From assembly GCA_904063045.1 (NCBI GenBank), contig CAJFCJ010000035.1:1-64000 (forward strand): a stretch of DNA of 64,000 bases, written 5' to 3'. This document shows positions 25,681 through 37,384 of the stretch, in pieces. Position 1 is the stretch's first letter. Every line of letters starts with the position of its first letter. The stretch comes from Dimorphilus gyrociliatus. Taxonomy: Eukaryota > Animalia > Annelida. Position numbers and translations under genes: made by a program. Below the pieces are notes generated by a model, which was not told the origin of the DNA, ran no database searches, and saw only the letters and a program-made list of their open reading frames with translations.

Positions 25681-26604
25681 AAGTGATGATGGTTAGAATG
25701 AAACAGTAAGGATTTATATTCTTGGAGGTTTGCCTCTGATAATCAGCCATCACTACTCTGATGGGCATTTGGCTTATAACGCTAACGACAATCACATTTC
25801 TAACAGTTACAAGAACAATGTCAATTTTTGCAGTCATACAATTCTAGATCAGGATTATAATTGGTGGTTAGCAGATTGAAAGACACCTATTCCATAAGTA
25901 GAGTTTGTTTGTTGAATAGATTATCCAGTTGTAAGTAGGACAATAGAGATTTTATAGACAGATAATTTTAGACGCTTATGAATGTTTCAATTGTCAATTA
26001 AATTCTATTGGATCGTTTTTAAAAATTTCTCAAAAATCTCATCATATCTTAATGCTTTGCAATGTTAAAGTCTATGGAGATTTTGTTGATACTATACACC
26101 TTGTTTAACATTAATTATATTAATTCATTCATTTTTATAGATTATCACGTGATCAATGAAAGAATTACTGAAATTGATGTAATTTATGATTGTAATTTTT
26201 TTTCTTACATCTTTAAATATTCCATTCATAATATTTTTAATCAATTCATTTTTGAACATTTGCCAAAAATCTTGTAAAAAATAGTAATTAATCCAATTCC
26301 CATTATTGACCATTGGTACTCAACAACTTTAGTTATATTACTATTCACAACTTAAAACAATTTGTAATTATAAAAAAATTTTGATATGAATATATTAAAA
26401 ATTTATATTACCCTTTTGCAAAGTAAAGTAAATATTTAAGTTAAAAAAAGTTATGAGATGCAATAAAAGTAATGAAAAGAACACCAAAGAACACTGCAAA
26501 TGAATATTTTAGATGGTAAGTTTAAATATTTATATTTATTATCTTTTTTTCCTAGACAACTGCTACTTTTGATAACATAACTATAATATATTCATATTGA
26601 TATA

Positions 26605-27384
26605 TATTAGGGTCATCCATTTCCCTGTAATTTTAAAACAGTACATTGTAGGCCTATGTTATCATTATCAATAGAAAGTGAATTCATTAATGCATTATCA
26701 ACAAAAAACTTTTACAATTTGCGACCCCTGAATGAAAAGTTATTGAGACTTTAGTGATGGCATGGTATGGATGGCAGTATAAATCAAAGAGTAATTATTC
26801 AATTTCTTTGCATCACAGCAAGCTATTGCAATCGATATTCACAGGCAACTGAAAGCTTTTTTTGGTAAACAACACTTGATGAAAGTTCAGTAAGAAGGTG
26901 GGTTAGAGAATTTAAAGGAGGAAGAACAAATATACTTGATGGTGATAGACAGGGATACTCAAGAACAGCCAGTAACAATGAAAATAAGGAGAGAGTTGCT
27001 CTAATCAGAGATAATAGGAGAATAAGTCAGGCTGAGATATCTCAAACACTGAACATAGGTCATGCTGCTATTGAAGATTTGATTTCCAGACAATTATCTG
27101 TTCTGGAAATTAAAGGACCATCTTCGGGGCAAAATATAGGAGAATGATGAGGAATTGCAAAGTGCAGTAAGGGCATTTTTCAGGTTTAAACCACCATTAT
27201 ACATCGCCAAAGGAATTGATATGCTTCCCGCCAGCTGGCAAACATGCATTGACAATAATGGGCAATTTGAAGCTATATAGAGATATCTAAGACATTAGTT
27301 AATAAGTATGACTAAACATATCATGTAATTTATTTTTTTAGCTGTAAGACACAAATGGGTAAAACTTTCAGGGTGAACCTAATA
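26605..27384 (+). mobile_element. Internally deleted mariner element with TIRs
   Basis: Termini tattagggtcatcc and ggtgaacctaata (12/14 inverted match, TA ends). N-terminal LDESSVRRWVREFKGGRTNILD..R.G HTH and C-terminal LKDHLRG...KGIDMLPASWQTCIDNNG are present; the DD34D core is missing. Confidence 0.8.
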
Positions 27385-27624
27385 GATATTGACTGAAATG
27401 AATATTTGCTTAATTCAAGACCATTTATGGTTTTTTTTCAAATTGTATTTCATCTACAACATGTTTAAAAACTTGTTTTTCTTTGTTTTATTTCTACTCA
27501 AAAAGATATAGTTATTATAATATTTTTATACATGGAATATTCTGATTACCATATTTTCATATGATCCAATTAGAAGAAGGGTCATTCCATATTTCTTAGA
27601 TTTTGTTGATAGTTCGGTTTTCTA

Positions 27625-27860
27625 ACCATCAGCTACTTGTTTAAACTAGCTTGTTTAGAACTAGAAGATCACTCAATACTCAATACATATTCTTTGGACA
27701 AAATACTGGTGTTTTGTTGGTCAATTTCTACAAAGTTAAATTTGTTAAGACTAATTATGGATGAAGTTGAAAGGTTCTATTTGGACCAGTGCTTTGGTAA
27801 GTTGGTAAATGATTGAAAAGGATGATTGCAGTTGTGACGAACTAGAAATTCAATAAATGG
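27625..27860 (+). repeat. Dispersed repeat family B segment
   Basis: Aligns with 54120-54345 and the reverse complement of 55095-55290. Confidence 0.75.
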
Positions 27861-28404
27861 AATTCTTTATAATATTGGAAGAAAAATTTTACTTGTGTCA
27901 TTTATTGTTTAAGAATTAAATTATCAATACTGCATATAAATGTTAAGTTATTCAATATTAGGAAAACTAGTTAAAAAAAAGACAAGGAGAGAGTAAACAT
28001 CTTCTTTTATTATATTTCTCTTTGTTAGGTTTCTCATCAATAAATAAATATTAACAATAAATTATTTTTATTGAATATTTAAATAATTTATTTCAATTAA
28101 CAACAATATGTAACATACAGCAAAGGTAATTTTCAAATGTGATAACAGCTTCTATTAATAAGCAGAACTGTAATATTACAGTTGACTTGATATATAGATA
28201 TTGTTTCAAATGGTTATTGGTTTAATCTAAGACCATTTATGCTTCCATTTCAAATTTTAGATGTTTTTTTACTAATAAAAAAGTATTTCATATAAGGTAA
28301 ATTATCTACTGGGTCAGGGAAAAATCATCCCCATTTTGGATTAAATCATCTTCTCTTTGAGAAAACTTGTGTCTGTTTTGGAAAAGTCACTGTTTTAATG
28401 TCAA

Positions 28405-28933
28405 ATGTACCTCTTAAAACCTAGGCAAGAAATGGCACAACACTGGCCAAGCATAGGTCTGATTAGCCAGCTTGAAGGCTCATCTTTAATTGCCAGTTGA
28501 GGTTTGGCCAAGTTATAATTCAATTAACCTTCCTAAATGTTGAATCTTTTAACATCCTCTTACTAAACATAAATATGAACCACACATTTCGGCAACTGTA
28601 AAGTGATGATTGGATATCAGAGGCAAACCTCAAAGTATACAAATCATCACTATTTTCATTCTAAGCATTCCTATCTGGACTCAACAACCTGGGAAGATAA
28701 CCTGGAAACAACCGCCACTGGAACTATCTACTCCTCAACATTGGAAGACAGTTTGTTAATTTTGCAACCAACTCTTATGAACTATGTACTCTGCTATTGA
28801 ACTCTCATATTGTTACTTGCTTAAGTATTATTATTGCGAATAAACTGTTTTAATTTAAACATTTGTTTAAAGGTTCAAGAAGAATCAGTATTGTTATAAC
28901 TTGCAAAAGTTCTTGCCAAGCAAGAGCAGTACA
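28405..28933 (+). mobile_element. Diverged, 5'-truncated copy of the 1707-2332 LTR
   Basis: Colinear match ending ...caagagcagtACA. Shorter inverted LTR fragments occur at about 25695-25760, 29335-29400 and 45070-45123. Confidence 0.85.
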
Positions 28934-29744
28934 ACATATTCTATGGACAAAATGCTCATATTTTGTTGATACTAAACAATACTATTTATCTCTTTCAGTG
29001 CCACCTACACAGTACAATACTGGTTCAATACTACTTATCTATTGTAGAATATAGCTGACGAATGTATGTGTACAGTAATCAATAATTATTGATATTTTCT
29101 TTTATTTAAATCTTCTATTTGACAAAATTCCAATATCATATTGTTTAACATTAACTTGTTGTCATTATATGATAATTAAATGTTGCAAAGATGGAAATTC
29201 CCAATAATTTTCTTTCAAAAGCAAAAAGAGAAATGAAAAGGAAAATTAATTAATTAATATTCAATTTTAAATTACTTAAACATTTACATACATAAAAATT
29301 CTCTTTTATGTTGTACTGTTACTGGATCAATTTGTGTGTGCAAGTTACAACAGTACTGGTTCTACTCTAACTTTTAAAAAAATGTTTATTTAGAATAGAA
29401 ACATTGATGGCAAAGAGATTTATAAATGATAAATTGCTGAACATTTTTCCAAAATCTCACCAGCACAAATATTTCAAATTCATCCCAAATTTTTTTCTCC
29501 ATGTTGGCATAGATTTTTTTAGTATAGTAGAAACCTTTTTTTCTGACAGTACCTGTTGATAAACATCAATTAGATCACTTTCTCTCTTTAATCTATCTAC
29601 AGTGCAATAAAATGAAGAATGCACAAAATGTATTTATAAAAAAAAGTTAAATGCAAAGTCAAAATATTAAAATAAAAAAAAAATTGAAGGATAACTAAAG
29701 TAAAGTTAAAAGGAAACATATATGTGCACTTGGATATAATGATA

Positions 29745-30205
29745 TATCAATATTTAGACTCTAGATATAAAGCTACATTAGAAAGACTGCTATTTCATTG
29801 GAATTAGAATGGTGGAACTTTAGAAAGACTTTTATTTTGTACAGTTAGCTTTTAGTACTTTAGAAAGAACTCTATTTCATAGGAAATAGGCTCTTTGACT
29901 GTAACAGATGATGGCTACTTGGCAATTAACAAAGGCACAAAGAACATCGAAAAGATGCATGTCAAAGTTTTTACATCTTATGCAATGACATATGCTGAAG
30001 ATGCAGGCTTAGTTTGCAGTAGCACATGTTAGCCATATGGGCCTAATCTGAAGATTATATTTGATATATGTGACACAACAGTCTTTCATATTTTTGCTAC
30101 TTGAGAATTATGAGACTGTCAGATTTCAACTTTGTTATCTAAGGCGAATACTGTTTAGAAGAAGCAGAAATTCCTACAATTACAATACAACAAAGTATAG
30201 TAAGC
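29745..30205 (+). repeat. Dispersed repeat family B segment with acaattacaatacaacaaagta tail
   Basis: Reverse complement of 55370-55770 joined to the tail seen at 55031-55095. Confidence 0.75.
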
Positions 30206-31646
30206 TTAGTGTTTTTGTCCCTTTTCTTTTCAAAAGCATTGACTAGAAAATTTTTTTCAAACCTAGCAACAAATATCTGCAATTCAACAAATGAAAGGTA
30301 AGTGAAATAATAAATATGTAAAATATGGATACGACAGAAAATGTTCACAAATCAGTGCTTTTGCCCTAACACTAACCCAGCCCTTAGCTGTACCTAACCT
30401 TTTCCATTACCGCTAACCCTTAAAGGAGACCATTCTAAGTACAAATCAGTTGCTCTCTTCTTCTTACTAACCATTTCTCAATCAAAAATCTTGTCTTGAA
30501 ATTTATCATTTGTGGACTTTTTAAAATATACTAAAAAATTGAAAATTTTGTGTGGAGCACACAACAAATTCTTCATATTCAGAGTTTGCATCTATATCCA
30601 GTGTAGTGTTACTATTATCCAGGGTTGTGCTGTCCATTTGTTGTGTAAAAATTCAACATAAGCAGAAAGACTTTCTGAACCTTTATGAATAAATGGAGAT
30701 ATTAAGTTTATTCTGTATTAGTGAAGTTGTTCTTAAAAATGACTTTATAGAATGGCTGTAGGCTAATCTTCATTTAGTCCAAAATACTCAAAATTTATAT
30801 TTTTTAAAGAGGCTAGTGATTGAAACACTGGTAAAAAGGTTGTATTTTCCCTTTTTTTAAATACATTTCCTGATTGCTCTTTTAAATGCTCACAACATCA
30901 TTTTTTTTATTAATTGTAGTTTTGGTGTGGTTTTGAGAATTTTTGTCCTATCCTGTATATTCAAAATCAGAGCAATTAAATCTTATCTGTAATAAATCAA
31001 ACTTTTATACCAAATCATCAATATGGGAAATACTGCGTGTTGCAAAAAGAGGCTAAGTGTTTTATATGTTATTGTTTAATAGTTTTATTGCACCAAGGTT
31101 ATGTGTTTACTGCTATTGTAATTGATAAAATATATTTATCTGACAACAGGAAGTATATTTAATGTTAAAATTACTGTTAGATTGTATTTAGAAAAATAAA
31201 TTTTCTAAAAATACTTTTAGATTTTAGTTTTTTTTCTTTGGATAAAACATTCTAAACTGGAAAAATACTATATACATTTCAGTGTAACAAGCTATGACAT
31301 AAAGACAGAGAGAGAAAGCGATATGTGTTCATTAACTTTTACAGTGTCCATAATAACTTTTAAACTTTTATAATAATTCACTGGATGAATTTGTCACAAA
31401 TGTATTCTGAAATCAAACTTTTCCAATATTAAATATATTGGTTACAAAACTTCAGTTATATTTTTAAAAAACAGAATCTCTCTATAATATAAACATTTTA
31501 TGTTTTTACAATATTTTTATTGCATTCCAGATTTATCATAAACTTAAATGAATAAGATAACATTAATTCAGCCTATACATAGTAATTTATTGAGGTTCTT
31601 TGTCCTATAGTGTTTTCATTACACAGTCTGAAATAAGAGAAGCAAG

Positions 31647-33232
31647 ATGAAGGCAATTTTAACAGGAATTTTCACATTAAATTTACTTTCTCAGGTCAGT
31701 AAGGTAAAATGTATCTTCAACAGTAAGGTTATTAAAATAATGTAGATGCAATATTGCTAAAAAATAAATGTTTATTAGAAACCATCCATTTTGAGGAAGA
31801 TTTTTCTCTTTTTTTATATTTTTACAACAGATTGGAGTTAATTGTTCAGATGAAACAAAATTGTCGGGAGAACAAAGTTTTACAAACAATGTATTATTTC
31901 ATCTTAGAGGATACATAAATGAAGCATATAATATGCCATGTAAAGACAACTCAATAACCATAAAATCAGATAGTTTCACTAATAGCTATGGATATTCTCG
32001 TCTACTATTTCGTTTTCTTCCTGATTGTAAACTGGTAAATAATATATACAGTACAGATATCTAATCAGTATGATATTTTTGATAAAAAGCAGAATGAATA
32101 TAGCTTGTCTATGTTGAACTATCAGTTGTAAAATATGGCCTATAAATTGGCCCATTATCAAAAATACACTAATTCTCCAATTAGATTGGATACTATCTTT
32201 TTGTTTTTTTTTTCCCAAAAAAAATTAGGACATTTTCGTAAAGTTTAAGTTCTTTCATGTAAACTATTCAAAAAACTGCATAAAGGATTTTCTATCATTA
32301 AGACAACATTCGAAAACTGCAAAATTCTGTGGAGAGTCATTTATAATGAATTCATTAGGTAAGAATTTTTTTTCTCATTTAGGAATTGTAATTATTTCAT
32401 TATTAATGTTTTTTTTTAGGTTCAAACACTTCAACAGAATTTTTTCAAAGAAAAATTTATTCTATAAAACACTTTTATCAAATTCCATTTTCAATTGAAA
32501 ATCAATTCACATATCAAACTGATGGATTATCAAACAATAGAGGATTTATTATTGAAATAAAAACAAAGTTACCAAAACCAATTATGATGATAAAAAAGAG
32601 AAAAAGTGATGTGTTACATTCATTGCATACCATTGAATTAAAAGATTATGAGAATAAAGTTTATAAATTATCATGTGAGAGCGAAAGTATAATTATTAAA
32701 TCTCTTGAGCCTTATCAAAGTATAGAAAATACCAGTTTAATATTAAGACATTCTCCAAGATGTAAAATGGTAAGAAATTGAAGTTTTCTCTTCACTTTGT
32801 TAATTATTGATTAAGTGATATTTTTCCCTTCATATTCAGTATTTTTTTGTGAGATTTATTGAGTTTGATGTGGAGTATTCACCAAATTGTCAAAAAGATT
32901 ATCTTTTAATGACACAGAACTCAAATTCTGCTAAATTATGTGGAAATGAATCATCTATTTTCAATTCAAATGGTCTGTTACAAAACAAAGAAATATATCT
33001 TTTGAATTTTTGACTTTTTCTCTTATTTTTATTAGGTTCCTCTAAATTTGAAGGATTTTTCAATCGTTGGTACTACTCAATGCAGGGTGTCTATATAGAA
33101 CCAATAGTTAATGATATAAGAATTGTATTCAAAACTGATGGATCATCTCAAAGGAATGGATTTTCTATAGAAATAGAAACATCTTTTACTGAAGAAATAT
33201 TTGGCCATCCATCTTACTGTGATTTTCTATAA
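31647..33232 (+). CDS. Secreted protein with at least two CUB-like domains, multi-exon
   Basis: MKAILTGIFTLNLLSQ leader. CUB-like segments FVKFKFFHVNYSKNCIKDFL..AKFCG, FTYQTDGLSNNRGFIIEI, FIEFDVEYSPNCQKDYL..KLCG and IVFKTDGSSQRNGFSIEI lie on short GT-AG exons. Stop at 33230-33232. Confidence 0.65.
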
Positions 33233-35265
33233 TTGTTTTTGGTTGACTTTTAACAAAATCTTGATCTGCTTAAAATAAATTTCAATTGTCAAAAGATATT
33301 TTAAAAAATTAGGTGCTACTTTTCAATCATAAAGTACATAAAGAGTTAGTGGCACAGTGTAGAATGTGAGATTAATAATTGAAGTTTGATATGAGCCTAT
33401 GTAACACATTCGTCAGGATTGAACTAACTCTGTTATTTATTAAGATGCAGATTTGAAATTCCGTACATAGACTAATACTCAACCTTTAGTTACACCAAGC
33501 CTGTCAATAATCAGTCAGGTCTGAGGTCTTTCTTCTCTATTGATTAAGGAGGAATATAATAATGCATATTCAGTTAAATTAATATTCATTAATAAAACAA
33601 AGAATGTTTAAAAATAGACTTCTGTCTACTATTTAATTCTTTATGAATCTGAAAATATACCTTAGTATGAAAGTAGTAAATTGGCCAAAAGTTAAGGCAA
33701 TATCAATAGAAAAAACAGAATGTTAGATAAAATCAATACACTCTCAGATAAATCCATATCTTTATGCCTAGTATACTTAAGATATATAGGTATCATAGTT
33801 CCATTTATCAATTTTGTCAGAAAAAGCAATATATGCAATCAATACTTTTAATATCCTAAGTAAAATTTGTAGATAATTATTGATTGAAGACAGGCAAATA
33901 CCATAAATATTAGCAATTTTTTGCTGTTAAAATGGAAAATAGCAGACCAGAAGAAAAAGAAATATATAAATATATATATATACGAACATTTATGTCAGGT
34001 ATAACTAACCCTTTAAAATTATAACCATTTTCTGGTTGTTGTTGAAAACGCCCACAGTTTTTCAGTTTTACCCTAACCCAGCCCTGGACCCTGATTTTAG
34101 GGCTTTATTGTTCCTAACCCTTACTTACTGAATGCATGTATAAATTCTAAAAATATACTCACTTTGAGTTCAAGTCTTCAATACATCCTTCCTTAATATA
34201 TATCTCTGGAAACTTTTTCACAGCTTCTTTAAAAGTGTTATCTTTGTTTTTTCCAAATGGATCTTGTTTTGCTCAATAAAAATCCAAAGCAAGCAAAAAA
34301 TATTGATAGTTGAGGGTAATAAATATAAAATATTGATTATGATAAGGATTAAAAAGCCAAGTAAAAAACAATTTTCCATTTTCTTCTCTCATGTGCAAGA
34401 TCCTGAAAAGCTATGGCACTTTTTTGTGACTTTATGCCACATATGTTTTTTACTTTCCCTTTGTTAATATATCTACCAAAAGTAATTCCCCTTTTTACAT
34501 TAGCATATATGAAAATGATCAGAAAACAATGCTCTTTCCATTAATATTCTTTATTAAAATGTATGTATGAATTCGTAAAAAATCAATATTTGGTGGATAG
34601 ACATTTTATCATAAATATTACAAAAATCTTTAAGTGAATGTTAGGTTTTATATATTTGAATTAGACTTGAGATCTAAGTTCTAATGGAAGTTGAATAACT
34701 ACAGCCTAATAATCAAGAGATCCCACATGTGTATAAGATGCAAGAGGTGTTTTTTTAAGAACTTAATGTATAGATATTTGAATGTCTACCAAGTATGTCC
34801 ACCTATCATTGTGATGTGAATTGATATTCTAACTATGTGAATAATACTATATTAGAGGCGTTACCAAGTGTTACAGACTTGAATAGGAATATTCGGATAA
34901 ACTGAGTTGAACTACAGATGAAGTTTGCTCAGTAGTTTTAAAACAAGCTAACAAAATAAAGCAAAACTTTGGGCTGGAGGTGCCAAAAACATCCACCCAG
35001 AGGGTCTAAATGTATATAGAAGGGACCAAGACATTTCGGTCCTGGAAATTTCGACCAACTTTGAGACATTTTCTCCCATTTTATGGCATTTAGACCCAAA
35101 ATAAAATGGTCCATTTTTAGCAAGACAATCAGAATTAACAATGAGCTAGAGGGTTTTCGTTAGAGATTGTGCCAACTTATTATTATATTTAATTGTTAAT
35201 GAGTTAAGTAGAGATGCTGAGAAATTTTTAGAAATACATTACAGTTTAGTGAAATTGAAATATGC

Positions 35266-37160
35266 ATGGAGGATTCATTTGAAAGTATAGCTGAGGAGAA
35301 CTATGACAGAAATGGTAAATTCACAATATTCCCTACTGGAAGTCAAAAAGGCAAAGAATTACTTTTATCTAATGGTCACTCCATAATTTGGAGATGTGGA
35401 ATTAAAAGTAAGAAAATGAAATATCCTGCCAGTGTCATTCAAAGAAATAATGATTTCTCTTTGGGGTCTAAATATCGGATTAGGTTAAGAAAGGCTGCAA
35501 TTGATAAAGGCTGCAGGTTGATTGAAAAAGGCTGCAAGCTGATTAAAAAAGGCTTCAGGCTTACCAAATATGCTGAATTTCAAATAGATTTCATAATGTT
35601 TCTACCAGTTTTTTCTATTTAAATAGCATGTTTTACACTGTACTATAACAACAAGTGTGGTCACATATATGTAAACAGTTTGAATTATTTTTATTATATG
35701 TTATATTATTTATCACATGAAGAGAGTAAAGACTTCAACATAAATGCAATGTATTTATTGTACATCATTTTTGCCAGATATACTCTCTAACCTGTGAAGC
35801 AAATCATTTTCTTCAGAAGATAATTTCAATATGGCATCTCTCTGTTATGCTTGTAAGAAGAAAATTAATAAACAAAAAAGAGGTGTATGCTCTCTATGTA
35901 AGCATACAACTCATTGGGTTTGTTTAAATGGTAAGTTAAATGTTCATATTTTTCAATTTGACACCATTTTTCTTAATATATAGATGGCTTTTGTGAAATT
36001 TGCCTGAAAATCAACAACTATTCATTACAAATTGTTTTAAGAAGATGTGATGAAAATACTTTAACAGAAGTAAGATTGATCATCAAGAAATTTTTAGAAA
36101 TAATCAAGTGGAAGCCACTGCTGATGACATTAATGATCATTTGATTGCAAATAATGAAAAAGACAAATCTGCCAATGATGGTGAAAGTATTAAGCAAATA
36201 GAAGGACCAATAGATAATGTAGTCATTAAAAATACACAAATACCACAAAGAGAAGTTTTTGCTGAAGATGTTACAATGGAGCATTTGAATATAAAAGAGG
36301 ATTATTTTCCTTTTGATCACAACATAAACCAACCTGAAGACAGCTCATTTGAAGATGTAGATGATGTTGTTCTAAGGAGTGATGGATCATTTAAAATTTT
36401 CCAAAATGGGAGTCAAAAAGGAAAGCCATTACTTGTTCATGATGGATTCTTATATACTATCAAAAACCAAAGAAATAAATCAAGAATTTGGAGATGTAGT
36501 GGCAATAATAGCAAACAAGATCGATGTCCTGGTAGTGTCAATGAGAATGATGGTAATTTTACTTTGGGTTCAAAATCACACAATCATTCTCCCAAATTAA
36601 ATTTAAAAGAAATTATTGATATGAAAGTTACCATAAAACAAAGATCAGAAATGGACACTCAAACAAGTGCCAAGAGAATTGTTGAAGATACATTTATCCA
36701 AAAACAAAACATTTCTAATTTTCCCAGTATGAGTAGCTGTAAACAAGTGGTGAGAAAATTAAAAAGATATCAGAAGAAAATTTATGTAAACCTACAAAGA
36801 AAAATATTTGAGACTTGGGATAAATTTAAGAATGGCCAAATTACTGCACTACAAATTATAGAAAATTGTTCTAAAGTCTATTTTCATAGTTGAATTAAAT
36901 ATATAATCAAATGTTTTTATTCTTTTCAATAAACCATATAATATTCATTAAACTACTTTCCATTTCCAATCTTTATAAAAATTCACTTGCAGCCTTTTTC
37001 AATTGCAGCCTTTTTCAACCAGTCCCCTAAATATCATATGTTCACCTTCCAAAAAAAAATTTAGAACAAATTATTGAAGTGAAAGCGACAGCAAACCAAA
37101 AAGGAAAGACAGACAGCAATGTTTTGCAAATATGGGAAATATTGGGCCGGTTTCGTTTAC
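35266..37160 (+). pseudogene. FLYWCH-like MULE ORF remnant split by the 35477-37026 insertion
   Basis: GSQKGKELLLSNGH..IWRC..SVIQRNNDFSLGSK before the insertion resumes after it as YVHLPKKNLEQIIEVK, homologous to HNHSPKLNLKEIIDMK. Confidence 0.65.
35477..37026 (+). mobile_element. Non-autonomous MULE (PHD exon plus FLYWCH, no DDE core), 9-bp TSD ctaaatatc
   Basis: TSD at 35468-35476 and 37027-37035. TIRs ggattaggttaagaaaggctgcaattg / caattgcagcctttttcaaccagtccc. ORF 36108-36893 has GSQKGKPLLVHDGFLY..WRC..RC..HNH. A 100-nt PHD exon lies at 35831-35930. Confidence 0.85.
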
Positions 37161-37384
37161 TCAATACATTTTGTTTGGAACAAAAATATCGGTGTTTCAG
37201 ATAGATAGAGGGCGCTGGCTTATCTTATATGAAATAGATTAGCCTGAACTATCTTTTGTTAAACTTTTATAGAGTTTTTGAGTAGGTTTAACATCTTCTT
37301 TTCTCATAAGAATACGAAGGAAAAGAAGGATCAACTTTTACATCAATATTCTCAATTCTGTTAGCTCTATCATACTAATCATTT

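Noticed and set aside
31022-31080. MGNTACCKKR myristoylation/palmitoylation-like mini-exon
   Set aside because: Lacks a GT donor at the expected point and no downstream exon could be linked; may be chance.
33340-33500. Possible tRNA or tRNA-derived SINE head (tggcacagtg; agttcaatcc on the minus strand)
   Set aside because: No cloverleaf could be folded and A/B box spacing is unconvincing.
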